From contig JBGCDR010000124.1 in the NCBI GenBank assembly GCA_045105515.1, forward strand, positions 1-12,590: 12,590 nucleotides of DNA. Direction: 5' to 3'. The number at the start of each line of letters is the position of its first letter. Position 1 is the stretch's first letter. The notes beneath the pieces are model-generated. The model made no database searches, had not been told where the DNA came from, and saw nothing but the letters and a program-made list of their open reading frames with translations. This document shows positions 1-8,903 of the stretch, in pieces. Made by a program: the position numbers and the translations under genes. The stretch is from Oligoflexales bacterium (GTDB lineage Bacteria; Bdellovibrionota_B; Oligoflexia; Oligoflexales; Bog-1112).

Positions 1-265
1 ATTGTTAGATTATGCTTGAATAGTCAAAAAAATACATCTCAAATATTTTTGACAACAAAAATTTTGTTAAAAAAATATGCTGAACCCATTTTAACGTACT
101 TCAAAATTTGGTTAAAAGCTTACTTGAATCAACCCTGGCCAAGCCTCGGCAATGATAAGAAAGCTTGCTATTAAAAGTGATTCACCTTAAAACTGTATCA
201 ATGTACACTTGCTTTCCTTAGCTAGTTCGGTTTCAAGATCAATTGTCAATCTAAGAGGAATAAGA

Positions 266-937
266 ATGGAAGTAGAGAGCCATTTTTTCGATAAATTAGC
301 TCATGCTCTAAATAAGTGGCCAGATAACGTGAGGTGGTCTCTTCATCAACTAGCTTCATACACTACTTATGAAGCGGAATGGGTTGCTAAATGCATTGGC
401 ACAGCACTAAGCAAAAACCTTGTGGTGGATGATAAGCTGAGCAGAGAAGAAGTGGTTATCGCCTTTGAGCGACTCAAAGACGTGAGCGATAAAAAAATAA
501 AGGAAAAGCAGGAGAGTCATCAAGAATCTTTTGCAAAAATTAAGATTAAGATCCAAAATTATGCACGACAAAAGATGTGGCAACAGGCTTATCAAACCTG
601 TGCATACTACCTAGGAAATGCAGGTCCGAGCTTGAGTTATGAGGAATTGACTTTCTTGCAGGACGAATGCATTCGTTTGGGGACTAAATCTGAGCGTAGT
701 GTCCAAGAGTTATTTGTAATTTTAAAATCACAAGAAAAAGCTACAATCAAAAACGGAAATTCCGGCGATCTTGCTGATTATTTAGACATAGTCGATGCAT
801 ATCAAGAATATTTCTGTAAAGATATTAACGGAAAGAAACAACTTTTGGTGATGCTCGATGAAATTTTTCCATACTGCAAGCAGCATGGACTTGAAAATGA
901 GTTATTGGAATTAAAAGTCGGAATTGAGAAGTCGTGA
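266..937 (+). CDS. Hypothetical, mostly alpha-helical protein (223 aa), possible N-terminal HTH-like segment
   Basis: Long ORF 209..937. ATG at 266 follows GAGG (255-258), so it is preferred over the TTG at 209. No family recognised. Confidence 0.8.
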   Translation: MEVESHFFDKLAHALNKWPDNVRWSLHQLASYTTYEAEWVAKCIGTALSKNLVVDDKLSREEVVIAFERLKDVSDKKIKEKQESHQESFAKIKIKIQNYARQKMWQQAYQTCAYYLGNAGPSLSYEELTFLQDECIRLGTKSERSVQELFVILKSQEKATIKNGNSGDLADYLDIVDAYQEYFCKDINGKKQLLVMLDEIFPYCKQHGLENELLELKVGIEKS

Positions 938-953
938 CAGCTTGTTTTTATTT

Positions 954-2273
954 TTAGAATAAATCTGGTTTTTCATTTGTTTCTAATTGGCATTGCTCGT
1001 TTTCATAGTTTGGATAAATATAGCGAAATTCTTTGTCTACGCTAGCGATTCCCAGAGGCTGTTCTTTTGGCTCTACTTCCTTGATGTCATATTTAGGAAA
1101 ATAGTTTCGGTATTGATTTCCAACCATCCGCTTGACCTGTTCTTTTACTCCTAAGTAAATAAAAGTCCCAGTTCCATATAAAAACATAGATCCAAAGCCC
1201 TTAAATCCATTGGCAATTGATTGTCCCCAGCCTATTTTATTTGGAACCAGACCATAGCCTGATTTTCCTTCAAAGCTAGTTTCGCTAACTGTTAAGTTAA
1301 TAGGAGGAATGTTTACTAGTCCTCTATGTTGGCCTACCATGGTAAATGCGGTGTCTAGAGTAACTTCGACTACTTTGCCTAAAGTGATGGCAACAGCATC
1401 TCGGGCACGGCTGCGAACAGAGCGACCAGGAATTACCTTTCCTCCGACTTCGCTACAACCATGTTCTTGCAATAGTAAGAAGTCGTGAGGTTTAATTCTT
1501 CCATGCTTATTTATTCCTTTAAAAAGGAATTCTTCTGCTTCGGTTGGTTGATGTACCGATAAGATGTAGGCTTGGCCTTTGGGGGATACTGTATAACAAA
1601 AGTTGGTACCTTGTTTTTCTTTATGATGATTTGAAGCAATTTCTCCTAGTGCAGAAATCGTAAAGTATATAGCTGCAGAAGAGATTAAGGTAGTGCTATT
1701 GTTTTTTAGATCTTTTGCTAAGTTGTTCTTTACATATTTAGTCCATGGACCAGCTGATTTAATAAGTGTTTCTCTTTTACGTTGTAGAGAATCTAATCCA
1801 ATATGAGTATCTACTGGATTGTTAAAAAGTTTTGTCGACATTTGTCCAAGTTGATCTTCAAAGCCTTTAAAGCTTTTTGCAGTAGAGGAATTTGCTGTTT
1901 TTGAATATTGGAGCATTGCAATGGAGCCAAGATGGTCGATGAAAGCTGAAGGTAAGCTTGTCCATTGTAATTCTTCGCGTAAAGAATTTAGTTTTGATCT
2001 CATTTCTTGGTGTATGCTGAAAACATCAGCCTCCGTTTTCTGTACTTCTTTGACAAAATAGTATCTGCCTTGCAAGGAAACGTAGTCACCTTCTAAAAAT
2101 GAACGATGGGCATCATCCCAAGGTACGTGATAAGCTTCAAGAGACTGCTTAATATACTCCTCATATGCAGGTGAGAGATTGTTAGAGGAAACTTCAGCAA
2201 AAACAGAAGAAAATCCTAGCAGTCCCACCAAAGGAGCTAAAGCCAGTATTCTCAATATTTTGCAAATTTGCAT
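954..2273 (-). CDS. Secreted hypothetical protein (~439 aa)
   Basis: 441-codon ORF with GGAG at 2287-2284 upstream of ATG 2273 (TTG 2279 is an alternative). The N-terminus MQICKILRILALAPLVGLLGFSSVFA|EV has Sec signal-peptide form. No family recognised. Confidence 0.8.
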   Translation of the reverse strand: MQICKILRILALAPLVGLLGFSSVFAEVSSNNLSPAYEEYIKQSLEAYHVPWDDAHRSFLEGDYVSLQGRYYFVKEVQKTEADVFSIHQEMRSKLNSLREELQWTSLPSAFIDHLGSIAMLQYSKTANSSTAKSFKGFEDQLGQMSTKLFNNPVDTHIGLDSLQRKRETLIKSAGPWTKYVKNNLAKDLKNNSTTLISSAAIYFTISALGEIASNHHKEKQGTNFCYTVSPKGQAYILSVHQPTEAEEFLFKGINKHGRIKPHDFLLLQEHGCSEVGGKVIPGRSVRSRARDAVAITLGKVVEVTLDTAFTMVGQHRGLVNIPPINLTVSETSFEGKSGYGLVPNKIGWGQSIANGFKGFGSMFLYGTGTFIYLGVKEQVKRMVGNQYRNYFPKYDIKEVEPKEQPLGIASVDKEFRYIYPNYENEQCQLETNEKPDLF

Positions 2274-2441
2274 AATCAAAAATCTCCGTTTCTCTTTTTA
2301 TAGAAATTTCCTCCTTATACCATAAATTTTAACAAATTCCTCAAAAAAAATAATTATGCAATAAAAATAGCCTGATAGGTGTTTAAGGTGTAGGTTGACT
2401 AGCTTCTGCTGGAGATTGCTGAATAAATAGAGGACAAGCAC

Positions 2442-4439
2442 CTAGAATACATTAGGAATAACAAGCGTGATAACTGAACCTTGGTTTTTTTCAGAGGATA
2501 TCTTGATCTTACCTTTCAAATCCTCCACTGCTTTTTTTAGAGCAGGCATTCCGACTCCCCGGCCTGAGGTATGGCTTACTTCGTTTGCAGTTGATAGACC
2601 ATCATGAAATATTAGCTCTAGAATTGCTTCAGGAGGCTTTTTTGATGCTTCATCGATGTCAAATATTTTTTTCTTGATTGCAAGGACAGTTAGCTTTTCA
2701 ACGTCAATTCCACCTCCATCATCTTTGATGGTAATCAGCATTTCTTTGTCAAAGGATTTTTCGAATTTAATCTCGATTTGACCAGTTTGTGGTTTACCTA
2801 CTTGAGTTCTCAAAACAGGGGGCTCAATACCGTGATCGCAAGCATTGGTGAGAGCATGGACTAAGTTTTCGAATATTGGCTCATAAGTTTTTTTCTCAAT
2901 TCTTAATTCTTGACCGATGATGCTAAGCTCAATTTTTTTATCAAGTTGTGCCGAAAGTTTCCTTACCACGTTTTTGTAAATGGCAGTAAATAAGGAAATG
3001 GGACAGTGCTTGTGATAATCTAGTACTGTTTCAAATTTTTTGCGGAGATCATTGTCTAGGGCATTACAAAGTTCATAGAGTGTGTCAATATGTACTTTTT
3101 CAAACTTAAAGTGTTCAATCTGTTCTTTGTCGTACTCTAATTGCAAGGCAGCTCGGTTAGATACTAAAAACTGCCGCATCATATCTTCAAGTTCATAAGC
3201 ATATTTTCTAATTTCTCTGCATGCCTCGTAATTGTCAGATCCGAAAGCCGTAAGGCTGGTTTCCATTTGATGAATTCGTTTGAAAATTTCTTCAAGTCCA
3301 AAAATCGAACTGTTGCCCTTGAGAGTATGGAGCCCACGTTTCAAATCTTTGACATTAGTTGATTCTTTCATAAGAGAAATTTCTTGCCGGTAGTTAGTAA
3401 GAAATGAAGAGAAAGACTCAACATTAGTGATTATATTGATAAGGGCCTGATTTAGATTAACATTTCTTTGCATCTCTTTTTGTTTTAACACAGTTTCAGT
3501 GATATCTGTTGCTACAACGATAATTTTAGCAGGATCATTATTCATATTAAATATAGTGGTGTAATGAAAATCAATGATTTTGCCATCTAGGGTACAGAAC
3601 TGCTTTCGCAAGAGGCTGACATTGACCTCAAAAGGCATAATGTCCTCAAATAATTGCTCAAGAGCGAGTACCAGGTGAGCTTCTTGACCTTCAATTAAAT
3701 TAAAAATATCCCCAATTTTTTTGCCAGCAATCTGGTTGCTAAATATTGCTTCACAGGCCTTCGAAGTTGTCATGCCTATGGTAGTATCCTTCTTAATTGT
3801 GAAGAAACCACTAGTTAAATTGTCTAAAATTTCTTTGTTTTGTTTGTGAATCTTTGCGATCTCATCTGCCATATCTCGTTCGGCTTCAGCTACTACTCTA
3901 CTTGTAGCTTCTTGTCTTAGTTCATTATTAGCTTCTCTTAACGATTTCATTGTCGAAACGAGCTGTTCATTTTGAACTTCCACCAGTTTTGCTGACTTAG
4001 CCATTTTGTAAAAAGATTTGATTTTTGCAGCTAATACTTCTTTAGTGGTTGTTGTCGGGATGTAATCGTTGACTCCTTCCTTGTAAGCCATTAACATAAC
4101 TTCGGAATCCATGTTTTCACTAATCATGATAATGGGCATAAGCGGTCTTTGAGTGCGAATTTCCCGAATGGTTTGAAGGTCACTGAATAAGCCGATGATC
4201 CGACATTCAATTATTAATAGATCCACAACCTCGAATAGGGGTTCATAGGAGCCTGACTCTGAATGCTGAAAGTTATTAATAGAAATGTTTGTAAATTCTT
4301 GTTTAAAATCGAGTACCAGTTTATGGATACTCTCTCGTTCAATAATACCTAGGACTGAAATCAAATCTTCACCTGATTTCTGGTCAGCACCATCTAAGTC
4401 ATCAATTAGATCTTCATTTTCTTCTGCGTTATCGCTCAT
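2442..4439 (-). CDS. CheA-like (class III-type) histidine kinase: pseudo-REC, coiled coil, PAS-like, Hpt and CheA-type HATPase; no CheW domain
   Basis: Hpt motif LHTLKGNS (His codon 3329-3327); CheA-type N box LVHALTNACDHGIE, G1 box IKDDGGGID, F/G2 boxes IFHDGLST..SGRGVGM. The protein ends immediately after the ATPase. N-terminal REC-like region VDLLIIE..PIIMISE..GVNDYIP. ATG 4439 overlaps the upstream TGA (ATGA). Confidence 0.88.
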   Translation of the reverse strand: MSDNAEENEDLIDDLDGADQKSGEDLISVLGIIERESIHKLVLDFKQEFTNISINNFQHSESGSYEPLFEVVDLLIIECRIIGLFSDLQTIREIRTQRPLMPIIMISENMDSEVMLMAYKEGVNDYIPTTTTKEVLAAKIKSFYKMAKSAKLVEVQNEQLVSTMKSLREANNELRQEATSRVVAEAERDMADEIAKIHKQNKEILDNLTSGFFTIKKDTTIGMTTSKACEAIFSNQIAGKKIGDIFNLIEGQEAHLVLALEQLFEDIMPFEVNVSLLRKQFCTLDGKIIDFHYTTIFNMNNDPAKIIVVATDITETVLKQKEMQRNVNLNQALINIITNVESFSSFLTNYRQEISLMKESTNVKDLKRGLHTLKGNSSIFGLEEIFKRIHQMETSLTAFGSDNYEACREIRKYAYELEDMMRQFLVSNRAALQLEYDKEQIEHFKFEKVHIDTLYELCNALDNDLRKKFETVLDYHKHCPISLFTAIYKNVVRKLSAQLDKKIELSIIGQELRIEKKTYEPIFENLVHALTNACDHGIEPPVLRTQVGKPQTGQIEIKFEKSFDKEMLITIKDDGGGIDVEKLTVLAIKKKIFDIDEASKKPPEAILELIFHDGLSTANEVSHTSGRGVGMPALKKAVEDLKGKIKISSEKNQGSVITLVIPNVF

Positions 4440-5593
4440 GATGCCTTTTCTTTTAGTTCTTTTAGTTTTTCTCTCGCTCTCGCAAAACTTGGTGATATTT
4501 TCAAACAAGTTTCAAGGTATTTGATTGAATTAGGAAAATCTGACATTTCGATGTAGCAAATTGCCATGTTGAAATATACTTTTGGGTTGGTAGGATCAAG
4601 TTTGAGAGCATTTTCATAGCTTTCGATTGCATCACTATAAGCACCAATACGTTTCAAGCATACGCCCTTCAAGTTTAGTAAATCATTAGATTGTCCATAT
4701 ATTTTTTCTGCTTCAAATAAAAGTTCCAGACAGGATTCGAAGTCTTCTTGGGTATAGCGACATTTTGCAAGACAAATATGAAAATCTGGTACTTGGAAGT
4801 TTCTTTCGATAGCTGTATTACATAAGTCTTCAGAGGTTTGATATTGTTTGAATTCAATAAATAGTTTAACACTTCGACTATAGTAAAAAATATCGTCATG
4901 AGATTCTAAAAGTTTTTTGATATTCTTACCTGCTTCATCGTTTCTTTTGTCTTGCAAGCAGACTTTTGCGGCCAAAAGTAAGCTTTGTGGAGTTGTGTCA
5001 CCTGATTTAGCTACTTCTTTTATAAGGGTATCTGCCTTATCCGTTTCATTGGTCTGGACATAGGCATGTGCTAAACCTAAAGAACTTCTAACACTTTTTG
5101 ATGTCAAACCTCTTAGTTCTTCATACATTTCTGCAGCTTTTTCAGATTTCTGTTCCAATAAAGCTGTTTTTGCTTGCGTATATTTATTTTCAATTGTCCC
5201 ATTAGTATTGAACAATGAAAGTGTGGAATTAATTGAAAACTCCATCGATGATATAGATACAGGAAATTGAACGTATTTGATTACACCAAATTGCTTGAGC
5301 ACTTCTTCAGATTCAGGAGGAGCTTCTTTTCCGAATAAAGTTACCGGAATATTAGGAACTTTTTCATTGATTTTTATTTCTTTTATAAAAAGCCATCCTG
5401 ATATAAATTTTAGATTTTGATCGCATATCACGTAATCTACACGGTTACTAATCAGGCTTTGCATTGCTTCAATTCCATTTTCGAAGTGTTTGATATTGCT
5501 AAAGCCAAGTTTTTTGAGACACTTGATTACCGCTACTATATTTTCTCTATCTGAAGAAAGAAGATAGATGCGGGTTTGTGGGTCTAAGTTCAT
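4436..5593 (-). CDS. Atypical receiver (REC) plus TPR-repeat protein
   Basis: N-terminal REC (VDYVICDQNLKFISGW..PVTLFG..YVQFP). C-terminal TPR motifs (LLNLKGVCLKRIGAYSDAIESYENALKLDPTN; VYFNMAICY..LKISPSF). GAGG RBS at 5602-5599. Confidence 0.88.
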   Translation of the reverse strand: MNLDPQTRIYLLSSDRENIVAVIKCLKKLGFSNIKHFENGIEAMQSLISNRVDYVICDQNLKFISGWLFIKEIKINEKVPNIPVTLFGKEAPPESEEVLKQFGVIKYVQFPVSISSMEFSINSTLSLFNTNGTIENKYTQAKTALLEQKSEKAAEMYEELRGLTSKSVRSSLGLAHAYVQTNETDKADTLIKEVAKSGDTTPQSLLLAAKVCLQDKRNDEAGKNIKKLLESHDDIFYYSRSVKLFIEFKQYQTSEDLCNTAIERNFQVPDFHICLAKCRYTQEDFESCLELLFEAEKIYGQSNDLLNLKGVCLKRIGAYSDAIESYENALKLDPTNPKVYFNMAICYIEMSDFPNSIKYLETCLKISPSFARAREKLKELKEKAS

Positions 5594-6012
5594 AATAACC
5601 TCTAGATATATGAATTAGTCAAAAAAGTGCTGTTGCCACGTTACTCTATTCTAAAATTATAATTTACCCGTTTGTAAAAATATGAATATTTCAGCCATGA
5701 GCTTTACATGACCAGTATCGACCAGGTAAAAAAGATTTATAGTTTGCTGATTAAGCAATTACTGTTAACCTTAAATATCATTTATAAATATAGAGTGTTA
5801 GGTGGTGAGTGTTTGTTGAGTGAGTTGCAAAGTAAAAAACTTACTATGCATTTTCTTAGCAATCATATTATAAAAAATATTTTTATTTAATCTAAAATAA
5901 TTAATTTATATAGCGTATTCAAATTGTTAGGCATTCGTTTAATTTAAAAATGCGAGCTTGGTATATACTATTATAGCTAGAGCAAGACTACTACTTAAGG
6001 AGTTGCATTGTA

Positions 6013-6744
6013 GTGGATAGAATTCTCTTAATAGTTGATGAAAACAAAGAAAATTCGGAAGTTTTACAGAATATGCTTAAAGAAGGCTTCTATATAAAAT
6101 GTGTTGAAAATTTAGAAAATGGAGTGGAACAAATCAATGAAGTTAGGCCGCATGTTATCATTGTCGATTTAAATGCAAATAAAAATCGTTCTTTTGAGCA
6201 TATTAGAGCTATTAAATCTAAATTGGAGACTAGGGTTATCCCCATTATTGGGTTGAGCGAAAAAGAAGAAGAATCATTAGCATTTGAAAGTGGATGTGAT
6301 TATTTTCTTAAAAAACCAGTGAACAATTTTGAGCTTTTGGACACCTTGCATAAACTTGCTCAAAAAAAGTTGACAGCTTTAATCGTAGATGACGATGATG
6401 ATATTCTTGATATCATCGAAGAATTCCTAAAAAGATCTTTTAATATTATTAAAGCTCGTGATGGGGAAGATGCTTTGTTAACCTATCAAAATGAAGTGGT
6501 CCATTTTATTATAACCGATATACAGATGGCAAAAATGGATGGCGTTTCATTGATCAATAAAATCAGAGAAGAAGATAAGACACTTCCAATTATATCTATA
6601 TCGGGAGTTGGGGCCTCATATTTGCTGAATGCAATGAAAGTAGGATCTGATAACATTGTAGATAAACCATTTTCTGATGCTGATCTTAAGAAAGCTATTA
6701 AAAGAGTTATTGGCCATCATTATCCTTATAAATCTAGTTGGTGA
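6013..6744 (+). CDS. Tandem two-receiver (REC-REC) response regulator with no output domain
   Basis: REC1: LLIVDE..VIIVDLN..IIGLS..FLKKP. REC2: LIVDDD..FIITDIQM..ISISG..VDKPF. GTG start follows AAGGAG (5997-6002). Confidence 0.9.
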   Translation: MDRILLIVDENKENSEVLQNMLKEGFYIKCVENLENGVEQINEVRPHVIIVDLNANKNRSFEHIRAIKSKLETRVIPIIGLSEKEEESLAFESGCDYFLKKPVNNFELLDTLHKLAQKKLTALIVDDDDDILDIIEEFLKRSFNIIKARDGEDALLTYQNEVVHFIITDIQMAKMDGVSLINKIREEDKTLPIISISGVGASYLLNAMKVGSDNIVDKPFSDADLKKAIKRVIGHHYPYKSSW

Positions 6745-7007
6745 CATTAGTATTCTATTCTCTTGAATTAGATACCATATTTTATATTGAGAACCACAAA
6801 ATCATAATATTTTATGATGTGTAATCTTATCACTATTTTTTTCCAACATTTGATATTTAAATTAACTTGCATTTTATCAAGCAATTGTTATTTTTATTAG
6901 CGACAAATATTTTATTAAGATTTTAATAAAAAAATTAAAATTTTAATCTTGATTTTGATTAAGCTCATTTTATTTTATAAATCACTATGAAGATTCTCGG
7001 GGGTAAG

Positions 7008-8228
7008 ATGCTTAGAAAGATCTCATTTCTTCTGATGCTATGCACACTTAATTTCCTTGGTACAGCTAGAGCTCAGCATAATAAGAAATTAAAAATTGCC
7101 TATGTTATTGACGCTTACCAAGAACAAAAATCCGGTGGAGTTGTGTCAGCTAACCGGTTTATGAATCTTTTTAAGAAAAAACATGATCTAGTGATTGTTT
7201 CTACAGAAAAACTGCATGGTGAAGGTTATGAAAAAGTTCCTGGATTCTATTTTCCGTTTGCAAAAGAAAAAATGAAAAAAAATGGCATGAAGTTTGGACT
7301 TCCAAATACTAAAAAATTAGAGAGCATTTTTAAAGATGTCGATCTTATCTACATTCATTTCCCATTCTATCTAGGTTTGAAAGCAATAAAAGTAGCAAAG
7401 AAGATGGGCAAGGCAGTTGTTGTGGGCTTTCATTTACAGCCTGAAAATCTTTTAATGAACGTTGGTGTTAAGTCTAAATCTGCTGCAGCAATGATGTACC
7501 GCATGTTTATTAATAAATTTTATAACCTTGCTGATATGACTATATGCCCTAGTTATTTTGCAGAGGAATTACTACTGGCAAACAAGCACTTTAATGGTAA
7601 CACAGTAGTTATTTCTAACGGACTAACTCCAGAATTTAGGCCTCGTCCAAGTGAACCGTTCCCTGAGTATAAGGATAAATTTGTCATATTAACAGTTGGG
7701 CGATTGGCAAAAGAAAAACGTCATGATGTTATTATTGATGCTATAAAGAAGTCGAAATATAAAGACAATATCAAACTAGTGGTCACGGGTAATGGAGTTC
7801 TTAAAGATCAATTGATTGAGATGGGCAAAAGTATGTCTATAGAGCCAGATATTGGATTTGTTGAAGAAGATAGGCTTATTCGTTTATACAACACAGCTAA
7901 TTTATACATTCATGCCTCTGACGTAGAGCTTGAAGGTATGAGTGTACTTGAAGCGATTGGAAGTGGCTGTCCAGCTCTTATTTCTGATGCAGTAACAAGT
8001 GCATCAAAGCAGTTTGCAATCGAAGATCGGTTTCTATTTTCAAGTGGTAATGGTGCTCAGCTAGCAGAAAAAATAGACTACTGGTACGAAAATAGGGAAG
8101 AGCTGAAAGAAGCTGGTGCAGCTTTTGCTCGAAGTGCGGAAAAATACTATATCGAAAGCTCAGCTGATCGTATGAGTGAAATATTTATGCGAACTATTGC
8201 CTTTAAAAAACATCAGAAAACTGGATAA
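7008..8228 (+). CDS. GT4 family (GT-B) glycosyltransferase, cholesterol/diacylglycerol alpha-glucosyltransferase-like
   Basis: Motifs KIAYVID..GGV, GFHLQPEN, CPS, ISNG, TVGRLAKEK, EX7E (ELEGMSVLE), SASKQFA, KIDYWYEN. ATG 7008 follows GGGGG (6999-7003); ATG 6987 is an alternative start. Confidence 0.9.
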   Translation: MLRKISFLLMLCTLNFLGTARAQHNKKLKIAYVIDAYQEQKSGGVVSANRFMNLFKKKHDLVIVSTEKLHGEGYEKVPGFYFPFAKEKMKKNGMKFGLPNTKKLESIFKDVDLIYIHFPFYLGLKAIKVAKKMGKAVVVGFHLQPENLLMNVGVKSKSAAAMMYRMFINKFYNLADMTICPSYFAEELLLANKHFNGNTVVISNGLTPEFRPRPSEPFPEYKDKFVILTVGRLAKEKRHDVIIDAIKKSKYKDNIKLVVTGNGVLKDQLIEMGKSMSIEPDIGFVEEDRLIRLYNTANLYIHASDVELEGMSVLEAIGSGCPALISDAVTSASKQFAIEDRFLFSSGNGAQLAEKIDYWYENREELKEAGAAFARSAEKYYIESSADRMSEIFMRTIAFKKHQKTG

Positions 8229-8249
8229 TTTACCACCCTAGACTATTTA

Positions 8250-8627
8250 TTACTCAGTTTTTAGGAATTTTGCGACTGTACTTCGCAACTGCTCAGGGGT
8301 GAAAGGTTTGATGATCCAGGCCTTGACCCCTAGCTGAACTGCTTTGGTGACTAAGTCGCGTGTATTAGCTGTTGTTAGCATTAAAAAGATCACGTTTGGT
8401 GCAATTTTTCTTCTGTTTCGTGCTTCAAGTAACTCAATTCCATTTAAATTTGGCATATTGACATCGCAAATGGCTAGCTTTAATTGCTTTTCTGTATTTA
8501 ATAGCTCCAGGGCTTGAGCTCCATCTTCGGCATCGATTATATCCAAATTCAAGCTTTTTAGTGCGAACCTGACAGCTGCACGCACCGACTTCGAATCATC
8601 GATTACCAGAACCTTCTCTTTATCCAC
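8250..8627 (-). CDS. Single-domain CheY-like response regulator
   Basis: All canonical residues present: VLVIDD, ICDVNMPNLNG, MLTT, WIIKPF. AGGAGG (8638-8633) favours GTG 8627 as the start. Confidence 0.92.
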   Translation of the reverse strand: MDKEKVLVIDDSKSVRAAVRFALKSLNLDIIDAEDGAQALELLNTEKQLKLAICDVNMPNLNGIELLEARNRRKIAPNVIFLMLTTANTRDLVTKAVQLGVKAWIIKPFTPEQLRSTVAKFLKTE

Positions 8628-8851
8628 CAAGGCCTCCTGAGCATTTTCTAGGTGTAATATGGTTTCGACAAATTGCTTTAGATGTTTACTATTATGATAT
8701 TTGTGCGTGATTACATAAGGTTTAATACCCTAATAATAACTGTTACTAAGATCTATTTTTGTTGTTTTGTCAAAATTAAATTGGGGATTTTTGGTAATCA
8801 CTTGAACTTATTTGGTAAATTATATTTCTGGTTCCGATAGATTGAATAAGT

Positions 8852-8871
8852 AAGTATCCTTGTGGATACTT
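8852..8871 (-). terminator. Candidate intrinsic terminator downstream of hppD
   Basis: Hairpin AAGTATCC-ACAA-GGATACTT about 30 bp after the hppD stop, followed on the minus strand by a U-rich tract (ACTTATT). Confidence 0.5.
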
Positions 8872-8903
8872 TTGCAAGTCGAACAATGAATACTCAGCTG
8901 AGT

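Noticed and set aside
23..68. Inverted repeats GTCAAAAA..TTTTTGAC and AACAAAA-A-TTTTGTT
   Set aside because: Dominated by A/T runs and expected by chance in such AT-rich DNA.
2442..4439. Canonical cheA of a chemotaxis operon
   Set aside because: The Hpt is internal, there is no CheW domain, and no che partner genes are nearby, so no gene symbol was assigned.
4440..4508. Longer kinase start at 4508
   Set aside because: It would overlap the upstream gene by about 70 bp. The ATGA-coupled start at 4439 is more plausible.
5708..5890. 60-aa ORF in the divergent intergenic region
   Set aside because: No RBS, composition typical of AT-rich non-coding DNA, and no recognisable motif.
6801..6950. ATCATAA-N4-TTATGAT and ATTAA(G/A)ATTTTAAT dyads upstream of the GT4 gene
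   Set aside because: Possible operator sites, but too AT-rich to separate from background.
8892..8903. 12-bp palindrome ACTCAGCTGAGT directly after the hppD stop
   Set aside because: Single occurrence with no loop or U-tract, and no supportable function.
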